A DNA stretch of 64,000 bases, taken from assembly GCA_964454175.1 (NCBI GenBank), contig CAYVSA010000001.1:9993-73992 (forward strand), written 5' to 3'. The position numbers and the translations under genes are program-made. Origin of the DNA: an uncultured Pseudomonadota bacterium (GTDB taxonomy: Bacteria; BMS3Abin14). Below the pieces are notes generated by a model. It was not told the DNA's origin. It ran no database searches and worked only from the letters and a program-made list of their open reading frames with translations. Below, one piece after another: positions 37,814-47,565 of this stretch (within the stretch, counting starts at the first letter, position 1; every line of letters begins with the position of its first letter).

Positions 37814-40597
37814 ATGTTCAACGTCATCGTAGACGGCAGACCGGTAAGCGTACCCAGGGGCTCAACGATCCTGGAGGCAGCCAGGAAACTGGAAATCGAA
37901 ATTCCGACTTTCTGCGACCACAAGCACCTGTTCCCATACGGATCGTGCCGTATGTGTGTTGTTGAGCTTGAGGGCTCAGACAGGCTGTTTGCCTCCTGTG
38001 TTACGCCGGTTACCGACAAGATGGAGATATATACTGACACTGCCAGGGTCAAGGCGGCAAGAGAGACTGTGCTTGAGCTTCTCCTGACCTATCATCCCCT
38101 GGAGTGTCCCGTGTGCCCTCAGTCGGGCCGCTGCATGCTGCAGGACATGACCTTTGAGCACGGGAAGGACAGCGGCAGGTTCGGCTCGGTGGGCGTTGAC
38201 AAGAGAATTGACTACCTCTCGCCTCTAATAGAGATGAACCAGAACAGGTGCATTCTCTGCGGAAGATGCGTGAGAATATGCGATGAGGTTCAGGGCGAGG
38301 GGGAGCTGGATTTTGTGAATCGCGGGTTCCCCACTGTGGTTGAACCGTCCTTTGAAAGGCCGATGGATTGTGAATTCTGCGGCCAGTGTGTACAGGCCTG
38401 CCCCGTGGGCTCGCTGTACAGCAGAATCTACAAGCACACGGCCCCATCGTGGGAACTGACTCCGGTAAGGACTACATGCCCCTTCTGCGGCGTAGGCTGC
38501 ACCCTCAATCTTGAGGTCAAGGGGGATCATATCTATCACGTACTGGGAGTGGATGACGAGGGCTCCAATAACGATGGGAACCTGTGCTGTAAAGGCAGGT
38601 TCGGATACGAATACGTCCATAGCCCAGAGAGAATAATGCAGCCAATGGTGCGCAAGGGCGAAGACCTCGAACCCGCAACGTGGGAAGAGGCCTACGATCG
38701 CATCAAAGAGGGCTTCGGCCGGATTCGTGACGAGCACGGACCGGATGCCCTTGGCGGTATAGCATCCGCAAGGTGCACTAACGAAGAAAATTATCTCTTC
38801 CAGAAGTTCATGAGAGCCGCGATAGGAACAAATAACATTGACTCTGTTGCCAGATTTGGCCACTTCCCCGGGATGGAGGCACTGCTAAAAGCTTTCGGCG
38901 TCGGGGCACCCACCAACTCCCTGGCAGACCTGGCACACACTGATCTGATTTTTGCCATCGATTCCAACATCACTGAAGACGACCATGTGGCGGGGTTGAA
39001 GGTTCTCAAACGGGTTCGCTACGGTGGGGCTCAGCTTATTGTTGCCAATAGCCGCAAGATCAAACTTACAAAATTTTCAGATGCCTGGATGAGGCACAGG
39101 CCCGGTTCCAGTGTGGCACTGTTAAATTCGATGGCGTGGGTTGTTCTGGAGGAGGGGCTGGAAGATGAGGAGTTCTGCCGCAAGAGGGTTGGCGGAATAG
39201 ATGATCTGAGAGCTTTTCTCAAAGACTACGCGCCTGAAAAGACGGCCGCCATTACTGGTGTGGCCGCAGAAGCAGTGCGGGAAGCCGCCAGGGCCATCGC
39301 TTCCTCCGCGAACGTCACCATACTGCTCACCCTCGGCGGTGCGAGCCCATACACCGGGGAAGACACCGTTGCAGCAGCAGCCAACCTCGCTCTCATTACC
39401 GGCAACGTTGGCCGCCAGGGCGCGGGGATAATTCCCTTGTCCGAGTACAACAATGTTCAGGGCTCCATGGATGTGGGGGCCCTCGCCCAGTTCCTGCCCG
39501 GTTACCAGAGCGTTACAGATAGCGGAATAAGATCCTGGTTCGAGGAGACCTGGGGAGTTGACCTGCCCGGGAAGCCTGGGCTTGAAGCTATGGAGATGTT
39601 TGCCGCGGCGAAAGAGGGAAAACTCCGCGGGCTGTACATAATGGGGGAGAACCCGCTCTCTGCATTCCCGGACAGGGAGTCGGTGATCGACGGTCTTTCA
39701 AGCCTGGACTTTCTTGTGGTTCAGGACATGTTCCTGACGCAGACAGCCCTCTTTGCCGACGTGGTATTGCCCACCTCTGGCGGGCCGGAAAAGAACGGTA
39801 CCTTCACCAACACCGATCGCAGGGTCCAGAGGGTGCGAAAGGCGATCAAGTCGCCGGGAGATACCAGGGACGACTGGAGGATCCTTACCGATCTCTCCGC
39901 GGCGATGGGGTATCCTGCCGAATATGCCGATGTTATGGAGATCACGGAAGAGATTGCAAGCGTGGTTCCTTTCTACGCCGGGATAACGCCTGAAAGGCTT
40001 GAGGGAAACGGCCTGCACTGGCCCTGTCCCAGGGAGGATCACCCCGGGACGGATTTTCTTCATGAGAACAGATTCCCTTCAGGGCTTGGCCGCACTCGCG
40101 CAATTGACGGCAGGCTCCAGAAGAAATCCTCTGCGAACTACCCTTTCCTGCTGGTGCCGGGCCTTCTCCTGTACCACTCCGGGACGACCACCACGAGAGC
40201 TAAAGGTCTCAACGAAGTTGCTCCTATCGCCCTTGCGGAGATAAACCCCGAAGACGCCCGGAAGCTGGACGTAAAATCCGGAGACTGGGTAAAGCTCACC
40301 AGTCTGAGAGGTATGGTGGACATAAAAGTTCTCGTCACGGATAAGACTATGGAAGGGACGATCTTCGCACCCACTCACTACCACGGCACACCTGTCAATG
40401 CCCTGCTGACTTACGACCACGTGAACGAGAATGCCGTCACAAGCGTCTCCGTGGAGAGGATCGAGAAGAGATTAGAAGATGAGAGAACAGAGCCGGTGGA
40501 AGGACAGGTAACCAGGCTGAAGAAGATCGTTAAGGATATACAGAAGAAGAGGCAAAGAGCCCACCATGGACAGGGCTCCGACGCCTCGGGAGGATGA
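37814..40597 (+). CDS. Second NuoG-like / degenerate formate-dehydrogenase-alpha-like subunit (FdsA/SfrA-like)
   Basis: The 2Fe-2S 'CDHKHLFPYGSCRMC', 'HPLECPVCPQSGRC', 'CILCGRCVRICDE' and 'CPFCGVGCT' are present. The motif 'VARFGHFPG' aligns with FdhF 'CARV-U-HGPS', with Gly at the Sec/Cys position but Arg and His kept. I place the start at the internal Met 'MFNVIVDG'. Confidence 0.8.
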   Translation: MFNVIVDGRPVSVPRGSTILEAARKLEIEIPTFCDHKHLFPYGSCRMCVVELEGSDRLFASCVTPVTDKMEIYTDTARVKAARETVLELLLTYHPLECPVCPQSGRCMLQDMTFEHGKDSGRFGSVGVDKRIDYLSPLIEMNQNRCILCGRCVRICDEVQGEGELDFVNRGFPTVVEPSFERPMDCEFCGQCVQACPVGSLYSRIYKHTAPSWELTPVRTTCPFCGVGCTLNLEVKGDHIYHVLGVDDEGSNNDGNLCCKGRFGYEYVHSPERIMQPMVRKGEDLEPATWEEAYDRIKEGFGRIRDEHGPDALGGIASARCTNEENYLFQKFMRAAIGTNNIDSVARFGHFPGMEALLKAFGVGAPTNSLADLAHTDLIFAIDSNITEDDHVAGLKVLKRVRYGGAQLIVANSRKIKLTKFSDAWMRHRPGSSVALLNSMAWVVLEEGLEDEEFCRKRVGGIDDLRAFLKDYAPEKTAAITGVAAEAVREAARAIASSANVTILLTLGGASPYTGEDTVAAAANLALITGNVGRQGAGIIPLSEYNNVQGSMDVGALAQFLPGYQSVTDSGIRSWFEETWGVDLPGKPGLEAMEMFAAAKEGKLRGLYIMGENPLSAFPDRESVIDGLSSLDFLVVQDMFLTQTALFADVVLPTSGGPEKNGTFTNTDRRVQRVRKAIKSPGDTRDDWRILTDLSAAMGYPAEYADVMEITEEIASVVPFYAGITPERLEGNGLHWPCPREDHPGTDFLHENRFPSGLGRTRAIDGRLQKKSSANYPFLLVPGLLLYHSGTTTTRAKGLNEVAPIALAEINPEDARKLDVKSGDWVKLTSLRGMVDIKVLVTDKTMEGTIFAPTHYHGTPVNALLTYDHVNENAVTSVSVERIEKRLEDERTEPVEGQVTRLKKIVKDIQKKRQRAHHGQGSDASGG

Positions 40598-40601
40598 TGA
40601 G

Positions 40602-41600
40602 ATGATCTGCCCGGAATGCAATCTGCTCATACCGGAGGACAGCCGGTTCTGCAAGGAGTGCGGCTATAAACTGGAGGCCAGTGTGGAGGAGCGTGATGCT
40701 CTCTCCAACCAGGAAAAGGCGGAGAAGCTTTACCGGGAGGGTATCGTCCAGTACCACCAGGGTCAGTTTGACGAGGCTATTTCACTTTGGGACGAGGCGG
40801 TTGGTCTTATTCCGGACTTTCAAATGACGAACTACTACCGGGGAGTGGCGTACTACGACAAGGGCATGCTGTCTGTTGCCATGGAGTGCTTTAAAAAATC
40901 TGAGGCTTCGCATCCCACCTCCTCTGCTGTCCACTACCGTCTTGGTCTGACTTATTATGCATTGGGGCTTTTAAGCGAATCTGAATACCACTTCAAGAAA
41001 GTGGAGGCACTGATACCCAATACCGCCCAGATCCACTACAGGCTGGGCCTTCTGTACCAGAAAAACGCGGCCCTGGACGAGGCCGTTTCAGAACTGCTGA
41101 AATCACTGGAATTTTCACCTGACTTTGCCAGAGCTTACTTCACACTCGGAGTGACTTATTTCCAGAAGGGAATGCTTGCCGAAGCAGCCGAGGCGCTGCG
41201 CAAAGTTGTGGATATTTCACCGAGATATGTCATGGCCTACTATCACCTGGGCATTGTGCTGTTTCACAAGGGCAACCTTCCCGAAGCCATCAAGGCATTT
41301 GACGAGGCGGTTCTGCTGTCCCCGAACTTCACGGCGGCCTACTACCACCTGGGAGTGTCCCACGCCAGGAAGGGTGCCCACGAAGATGCAGTGTCAAGCT
41401 TCATCAAGGTGAACGGTCTGGACCCCATGGATTCCTCAGCTCTCTACCACCTTGGGAACAGTTATGTGCATCTGGGGATGCTGGACAAGGCTGAAGATAC
41501 ACTGCAGGAGGCACTGAGGCTTAACCCCGACAACTCCGAGGCCTACTTCCTCCTTGAAAAGGTTGGAGAGATCAAGCGCTCCGGGGCGTTGGAGTACTAG
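40602..41600 (+). CDS. Zinc-ribbon + TPR-repeat protein
   Basis: The N-terminal 'CPECN...CKECGY' ribbon is followed by about 8 TPR repeats (AYYxLG/AxxxxxxAL periodicity). I place the start at 'MICPECN', after the upstream stop. Confidence 0.6.
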   Translation: MICPECNLLIPEDSRFCKECGYKLEASVEERDALSNQEKAEKLYREGIVQYHQGQFDEAISLWDEAVGLIPDFQMTNYYRGVAYYDKGMLSVAMECFKKSEASHPTSSAVHYRLGLTYYALGLLSESEYHFKKVEALIPNTAQIHYRLGLLYQKNAALDEAVSELLKSLEFSPDFARAYFTLGVTYFQKGMLAEAAEALRKVVDISPRYVMAYYHLGIVLFHKGNLPEAIKAFDEAVLLSPNFTAAYYHLGVSHARKGAHEDAVSSFIKVNGLDPMDSSALYHLGNSYVHLGMLDKAEDTLQEALRLNPDNSEAYFLLEKVGEIKRSGALEY

Positions 41601-41612
41601 GGGCAAAAAAAT

Positions 41613-42632
41613 ATGGATAACACAACCATGTACATACTTCTTTCTCTTTTCAAGATCGTTCTGGTCCTTGCCATAACGCTGACTTCGGTCCCGATAATGG
41701 TCTGGGTGGAGAGGAAGGTGTCCGGCCACATCCAGAACAGGCACGGACCGCTCTACGTTGGGCCCTTCGGGCTGCTGCAGCCCTTTGCCGACGTTGCCAA
41801 GCTGCTCCTTAAGGAAGACATTATACCCACCGAGGCGGACAAGGTGCTTTACGTTCTGTCGCCGCTCATGTCCTTTGTACCGGCGCTTCTGACTTTTGCG
41901 GTCATACCCATCGGGCCGCACCTGAACATAACAGACATCAACATCGGCATAGTCTACGTTCTGTCCGTTTCATCGCTGGGTGTATACGGGCTTGTTATGG
42001 CAGGGTGGTCGTCCAACAATAAATACGCCCTCCTGGGCGGTCTCAGGTCAGCGGCGCAGATGATAAGCTACGAGATAACCCTGGGGCTGTCCATTATAGG
42101 CGTTCTTATGTACTCCAGGTCACTTTCAATGGTCAGGATCGTGGAGATGCAGGCAGACACGTGGTTCGTCCTGCCCCAGTTCCTGGGATTCATTCTGTTT
42201 CTCGTGGCATCTTTTGCAGAGACCAACAGGCTGCCCTTTGACCTTCCGGAGGCGGAACAGGAGCTCATAGCGGGCTACCACGTCGAGTATTCCAGCCTCA
42301 AGTTCGCCCTGTTCTTCCTTGCCGAGTACGTTGCCATGCTCTCGGCTTCGTGTCTTATCGTCACCCTTTTCTGGGGGGGCTGGCTGCCGATCCCTTACAT
42401 CGGACCGCTGGTGGAGGGCCTCCTGCCGCAGGTTGTAGTAATGTACGTAATGCCTATCCTGTGGTTCCTGGTTAAGGTTGCTTTCTTCATGTTCTTCTTC
42501 GTGTGGGTTCGCTGGACCTTCCCCAGGCTGCGTTACGACCAGCTGATGTCACTCGGCTGGAAAGTGCTGCTTCCCCTGGCGGTATTAAACGTTTTCATCT
42601 CTGGCGTCATCAGGATGTCGGGAGTTATGTAG
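41613..42632 (+). CDS. nuoH: NADH-quinone oxidoreductase subunit H
   Basis: 'VWVERKVSGHIQNRHGP' and 'RLPFDLPEAEQELIAGYHVEYS' are present. Confidence 0.95.
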   Translation: MDNTTMYILLSLFKIVLVLAITLTSVPIMVWVERKVSGHIQNRHGPLYVGPFGLLQPFADVAKLLLKEDIIPTEADKVLYVLSPLMSFVPALLTFAVIPIGPHLNITDINIGIVYVLSVSSLGVYGLVMAGWSSNNKYALLGGLRSAAQMISYEITLGLSIIGVLMYSRSLSMVRIVEMQADTWFVLPQFLGFILFLVASFAETNRLPFDLPEAEQELIAGYHVEYSSLKFALFFLAEYVAMLSASCLIVTLFWGGWLPIPYIGPLVEGLLPQVVVMYVMPILWFLVKVAFFMFFFVWVRWTFPRLRYDQLMSLGWKVLLPLAVLNVFISGVIRMSGVM

Positions 42633-42643
42633 GAGACTGACTA

Positions 42644-43090
42644 TTGGGTTTGATCACGAATATATTCCAGACTGACCTTTTAAAAGGTCTTTCACTGACA
42701 CTCAAGAACTTCTTCGTTCGGCCTGTCACCCTGAGGTACCCGGAAGAGAAGTGGGAGATGCCCGAACGGTTCAGGGGCGCCCAGGTGCTCAAGAGGCACG
42801 AAGATGGAAAAGAACGATGTGTGGGCTGCGGCCTGTGTGGGGAGATCTGTCCTTCCAGCGCTATTACTATTGTCACCTCGGAGGGAGTTGACCACGCAAA
42901 GAAGATAGACTTCTACCAGGTCGATCTTGGCCTTTGCATCTACTGTGGTTTCTGCGAGGAGGTTTGCCCGGTCAACGCAGTTTTCATGGGTAAGGATTAC
43001 GAGCTGTCTGTGACCGATCCCGGCAGGCTCAAAGTTTCCAAAGAACAGATGCTCGAGAAGGGGGACTCCCCCCGATACGATAAACTCTAG
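42644..43090 (+). CDS. nuoI: NADH-quinone oxidoreductase subunit I (2x4Fe-4S)
   Basis: 'CVGCGLCGEICP' and 'CIYCGFCEEVCP' are present. Confidence 0.95.
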   Translation: MGLITNIFQTDLLKGLSLTLKNFFVRPVTLRYPEEKWEMPERFRGAQVLKRHEDGKERCVGCGLCGEICPSSAITIVTSEGVDHAKKIDFYQVDLGLCIYCGFCEEVCPVNAVFMGKDYELSVTDPGRLKVSKEQMLEKGDSPRYDKL

Positions 43091-43097
43091 GGAGTTA

Positions 43098-43613
43098 GTG
43101 ATGGGCCTTCAGGACATATTTTTCTACTATTTTGCCATCGTATCCGTTGTTACTGCTCTGCTGGCGGTCTCTCGATACAATCCTGTCCACTCGGTGCTGT
43201 TCCTGGTTCCCTGCTTTTTCCACATAGCGGGGCTGTTCGTGCTGCTGGGGGCAGAGTTCCTGGCTGCCATCCAGATACTGATCTACACAGGTGCCATCAT
43301 GGTCCTGTATCTGTTTGTCATCGCCCTGCTTAACCTCTCAGGCATCAGGGGACGCAAGATCACTCACCGGCAGAGTTTCCTCGCGGCCATCGCCGTGCTG
43401 GTCCTTGTTGTCCAGCTCGTAGTGCTGGCTATCACAGCGACCTTCCCCGGGCCTTTCGAGAAATTCGCGTCGGCGTCGTTTCTGGGTAACACAGAGGCGG
43501 TGGGGTCGGTGATGTATACAACCTTCCTGTTCCCCTTCGAACTGGCTTCCCTGGTTCTGCTCGTCGCTATTTTCGGGGCGGTTGTCCTTGCCAAGAGGGA
43601 GGCGGGTGAATGA
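43098..43613 (+). CDS. nuoJ: NADH-quinone oxidoreductase subunit J
   Basis: It is a hydrophobic 171-aa protein in the conserved operon position, with '[21 protein letters not shown]'. Confidence 0.85.
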   Translation: MMGLQDIFFYYFAIVSVVTALLAVSRYNPVHSVLFLVPCFFHIAGLFVLLGAEFLAAIQILIYTGAIMVLYLFVIALLNLSGIRGRKITHRQSFLAAIAVLVLVVQLVVLAITATFPGPFEKFASASFLGNTEAVGSVMYTTFLFPFELASLVLLVAIFGAVVLAKREAGE

Positions 43614-43912
43614 TCACACTGACCCACTATCTGGTGCTGGCCGCTATTATTTTCCTGATCGGAGTTCTCGGTGTGCTCATGAGGCGCAACATCATCATAA
43701 TTCTCCTGTCAATTGAACTGATGCTCAACGCCGTCAATATCAACCTTGTGGCCTTCTCACATTACTTTCACAACATGGCTGGCCAGGTTTTCGTGTTTTT
43801 CGTTCTTACCGTTGCCGCTGCAGAAGCTGCGGTGGGATTGGCTATTGTCGTCGCACTCTTCCGCAACCGCGAGACGGTCAACGTGGATGAGATCAACCTG
43901 ATGAAGGGCTAG
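43610..43912 (+). CDS. nuoK: NADH-quinone oxidoreductase subunit K
   Basis: It is a 100-aa 3-TM protein with '[18 protein letters not shown]'. Confidence 0.9.
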   Translation: MITLTHYLVLAAIIFLIGVLGVLMRRNIIIILLSIELMLNAVNINLVAFSHYFHNMAGQVFVFFVLTVAAAEAAVGLAIVVALFRNRETVNVDEINLMKG

Positions 43913-43923
43913 GAGATCAAACG

Positions 43924-45858
43924 ATGTTAGAAGCTGTAGCCCTGGTTCCTCTTTTTCCGCTGTTGGCGGTGCTGACAAACCTCCTGCTTGGCAGAAGGCT
44001 GTCGAGGGCTGCCGTGGGTGTTCTGGCCTGCGGAGCGCTCGCAGCGTCATTCCTGGCTTCGGTAGTTGCAGTGTTCGGCCTGGCTACGGCAGAGCATGGG
44101 GCCAGGTCTTTTACCTACACGCTCTACGAGTGGATCGGCTCCGGGAGCTTCACCCTGGACCTGGGATTGTTACTGGACCCACTCTCGGCGGTGATGATCC
44201 TGGTGGTGACCGGCGTTGGGTTCTTGATCCACGTCTACAGCATCGGCTACATGCACCACGACGAGGGTGTAAGGAGATATTTCCTCTACCTCAACCTCTT
44301 CGTTTTTGCCATGCTCCTGCTCGTGCTCGGAGACAGCTACCTGCTCATGTTTGTCGGCTGGGAGGGAGTTGGCCTTTGCTCCTACCTGCTCATCGGGTTC
44401 TGGTTTAAAAAAGAGAGTGCAAGCTCAGCCGGCCGCAAGGCCTTCGTGGTTAACAGGGTGGGGGACTTCGGTTTCATCCTTGGCATGCTTCTCATCACCG
44501 TCAAATTCGGTACCCTGTCTTACAATGAGATCTTCGCCAATGCCGGGCACCTGTTCGCCAAGGGTGATCCCACGGTGACAATAATAACGCTCCTGCTCTT
44601 TGTGGGGGCCACAGGGAAGTCCGCCCAGCTTCCCCTGCACGTCTGGCTTCCAGACGCAATGGAGGGCCCGACCCCGGTTTCGGCCCTCATCCATGCTGCA
44701 ACAATGGTTACTGCCGGCGTCTACATGATCTGCCGGAGCCATGTTCTTTACGAACTCGCACCACTGTCCATGACGGTGGTTGCTGTCATAGGTGTCACCA
44801 CTGCCTTCTTTGCCGGGACTATCGCCCTTGTACAGAACGACATCAAGAGGGTGCTTGCCTATTCCACGGTGAGCCAGCTCGGATATATGTTCCTTGCTGC
44901 AGGCGTGGGCGCCTACACTGCCGCTATCTTTCACCTCATGACCCACGCTTTTTTCAAAGCCCTTCTCTTTATGGGTTCGGGCAGCGTTATACACGGCCTG
45001 GACGGAGAACAGGACATTCGTAAAATGGGCGGCTTAAAGGACATTATGCCCGTCACACACAAGACGTTCCTCATTGCTTCCCTCGCCATATCGGGGATCC
45101 CGCCGCTTGCCGGGTTCATGTCAAAGGATGAGATACTCTACTCGGCATTTAACTCCAGTCATGGCGGCGGAGCAGGGTTTATATTGTGGCTGGTGGGAAT
45201 AATCACAGCGCTCATGACCGCTTTTTACATGTTCAGGCTTGTTTACAGGACTTTTTACGGTGAATCGAGGCTGGATCCTGAAGTCGCCAAACACGCTCAC
45301 GAATCACCTCCAGTAATGACAGTGCCGCTTTCGATACTGGCTTTCCTTTCCATAGTGGGTGGTTTCGCGGGTGTACCCATATTCAAAAAGTTAAACATCA
45401 TGCACAACTGGCTGGGCCCGTTGTTCGAGGCAGTAGCGGAACACGGGGCAGATGCAGCCGAGACAGCACACCACCTTTCTACCGAGCTGGGCCTCATGGG
45501 ACTGTCGGTCCTGGTGGCGGCAGGGGGCATAGGTCTTGCGTTCCTCATCATCCTGCGCAAGCCGGAAGTGTCCGAGGAGCTGAGAAACGATTACAGTTTC
45601 CTCTACGACCTGTTCCTTAACAAGTGGTGGGTCGACGAACTGTACGACACGGTAATCATAAAACCCCTCAGGGCAGTATCCCGTTTCTTCTGGACGGATT
45701 TCGACGTCAAGCGGATAGACGGGGTTCTTCACGGGACTGCCGAGGCCGCACAGCGTTCCGGCGGGTTCCTGGCAAGCCTGCAGACGGGTTTTGTGCAGAA
45801 CTACGCACTGGTGATGACTGTCGGCGTAGCCCTGATGCTTGTGCTGGCCTTCTTTTAG
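43924..45858 (+). CDS. nuoL: NADH-quinone oxidoreductase subunit L
   Basis: It is an antiporter-like subunit with 'WLPDAMEGPTPVSALIHAATMVTAGVY' and a long C-terminal amphipathic extension. Confidence 0.95.
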   Translation: MLEAVALVPLFPLLAVLTNLLLGRRLSRAAVGVLACGALAASFLASVVAVFGLATAEHGARSFTYTLYEWIGSGSFTLDLGLLLDPLSAVMILVVTGVGFLIHVYSIGYMHHDEGVRRYFLYLNLFVFAMLLLVLGDSYLLMFVGWEGVGLCSYLLIGFWFKKESASSAGRKAFVVNRVGDFGFILGMLLITVKFGTLSYNEIFANAGHLFAKGDPTVTIITLLLFVGATGKSAQLPLHVWLPDAMEGPTPVSALIHAATMVTAGVYMICRSHVLYELAPLSMTVVAVIGVTTAFFAGTIALVQNDIKRVLAYSTVSQLGYMFLAAGVGAYTAAIFHLMTHAFFKALLFMGSGSVIHGLDGEQDIRKMGGLKDIMPVTHKTFLIASLAISGIPPLAGFMSKDEILYSAFNSSHGGGAGFILWLVGIITALMTAFYMFRLVYRTFYGESRLDPEVAKHAHESPPVMTVPLSILAFLSIVGGFAGVPIFKKLNIMHNWLGPLFEAVAEHGADAAETAHHLSTELGLMGLSVLVAAGGIGLAFLIILRKPEVSEELRNDYSFLYDLFLNKWWVDELYDTVIIKPLRAVSRFFWTDFDVKRIDGVLHGTAEAAQRSGGFLASLQTGFVQNYALVMTVGVALMLVLAFF

Positions 45859-45957
45859 GTAATATTTTTGAGGTCAGGTAATGACGGCTTTGACGAAAAC
45901 ATGACGGCCGGAAAATAACAGACGCACTTAAACGAAAAAAGGACTGAGAAGGAATAA

Positions 45958-47550
45958 ATGGAAACACTTAACATGCCAATCTTATCGGCGATCGTCTACC
46001 TTCCAGCTGTTGGTGCGCTCCTGCTGGCCCTCTTTGTGCCGGGCCGTAAAACAGGGCTGGTGAAGAAGGTCGCCCTGGGTGTTGCTCTGGCTGATTTCGT
46101 ACTGTCTCTTCTGCTCCTCGCAAGGTTCAACGTCGGGTCCGGCGACTTTCAGCTAGTTGAAAGAGTGAACTGGATTTCCGGGATTGGGATCCAGTACCTG
46201 ATGGGTGTTGACGGAATAAGCCTGCTCCTGGTCCTGCTCACAACAATGCTGGGGGCTCTGGCAATACTCTCGTCTTTCACGGCCATCACCGACAGGGTGA
46301 AGGAGTACATGGTATGCCTGCTCCTTCTGCAGACCGGTATGCTGGGTGTGTTTTTCGCCCTTGATATAGTGCTCTTTTACGTGTTCTGGGAAGTTATGCT
46401 AATTCCCATGGCGCTGCTCATCGGTATATGGGGAGGCCCGAGGCGGGTCTATGCTGCGGTTAAGTTCTTCCTGTACACGCTCGTCGGGTCCCTTTTCATG
46501 CTCATCGGCTTCCTGGTCATCTATTTTTCCTATCATTCAGCCACCGGGATCTACACTTTTGACCTGACGCGGCTGATGGCGGCCGATTTCCCGTCAAACG
46601 TGCAGACATGGGCCTTCTGGGCGCTGTTTCTTGGCTTTGCCATCAAGGTGCCGCTCTTCCCGTTCCACACATGGCTCCCTGATGCTCACGTTGAGGCACC
46701 CACTGCGGGCTCTGTGATCCTGGCAGGCGTACTGCTCAAAATGGGAACCTACGGATTCATACGTTTTTCAATTCCCGTCCTTCCGGAGGCCTCCATTAAA
46801 GCGGTTCCGGCCATCGCTACCCTCTCAATAATCGGCATCATTTACGGGGCCCTCGTTGCCTGGGTGCAGCATGATGTGAAGAAACTGGTAGCTTACTCTT
46901 CGGTGAGTCACCTTGGATTCGTGATGATCGGGCTGTTCACCTTCACTATCCAGGGCATTCAGGGCAGTGTCCTTCAGATGATCAACCACGGCATTTCAAC
47001 CGGTGCACTGTTCCTCCTGGTCGGAGTACTATACGAGCGGCGCCATACAAGGATGATGGACGATTTCGGTGGTCTTGCTGCACAGCTGCCGCTTTTTGCC
47101 GCTGTCTTCGGGATAGTCACATTCTCTTCAATCGGTCTGCCGGGACTGAACGGATTTATCGGGGAGTTCCTGATACTCCTTGGCACCTTCAAGGCAGGCA
47201 TGTACGGGTTTGGAGCGCTCGCTGCCACGGGGATCATCCTTGGAGCTGTGTACATGCTGCACATGTACAAGAACGTCATGTTCGGCGAGATCGTACACGA
47301 TGAAAACAAAAAGATATCAGATTTCAATTTCAGGGAGATCATAACACTGGCCCCCCTGGTAGTACTCATTTTCTGGGTTGGCCTTTATCCCAAGCCGTTT
47401 CTGAATATCCTGGAGCCCTCGGTAACCAGGGTCGTGGTAAGAATGGACACGGCAAGGAGCGGGATGGAGCAACTTAAAAACGACAAGACCGGCGAAGTTC
47501 AAGTGGCTGGGACCGAAGACCTGCACATCGCTGTCGATAATAGGGAGTAG
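45958..47550 (+). CDS. nuoM: NADH-quinone oxidoreductase subunit M
   Basis: 'WLPDAHVEAPTAGSVILAGVLLKMG' is present. Confidence 0.95.
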   Translation: METLNMPILSAIVYLPAVGALLLALFVPGRKTGLVKKVALGVALADFVLSLLLLARFNVGSGDFQLVERVNWISGIGIQYLMGVDGISLLLVLLTTMLGALAILSSFTAITDRVKEYMVCLLLLQTGMLGVFFALDIVLFYVFWEVMLIPMALLIGIWGGPRRVYAAVKFFLYTLVGSLFMLIGFLVIYFSYHSATGIYTFDLTRLMAADFPSNVQTWAFWALFLGFAIKVPLFPFHTWLPDAHVEAPTAGSVILAGVLLKMGTYGFIRFSIPVLPEASIKAVPAIATLSIIGIIYGALVAWVQHDVKKLVAYSSVSHLGFVMIGLFTFTIQGIQGSVLQMINHGISTGALFLLVGVLYERRHTRMMDDFGGLAAQLPLFAAVFGIVTFSSIGLPGLNGFIGEFLILLGTFKAGMYGFGALAATGIILGAVYMLHMYKNVMFGEIVHDENKKISDFNFREIITLAPLVVLIFWVGLYPKPFLNILEPSVTRVVVRMDTARSGMEQLKNDKTGEVQVAGTEDLHIAVDNRE

Positions 47551-47565
47551 GGGAGAGCAAGGCTG

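Noticed and set aside
37814-40597. Possibility that NuoG' is a genuine selenocysteine or Cys formate dehydrogenase
   Set aside because: There is no in-frame TGA (the ORF is continuous). From the motif alignment, the residue at the Sec/Cys position is Gly. This needs confirming with a real alignment.
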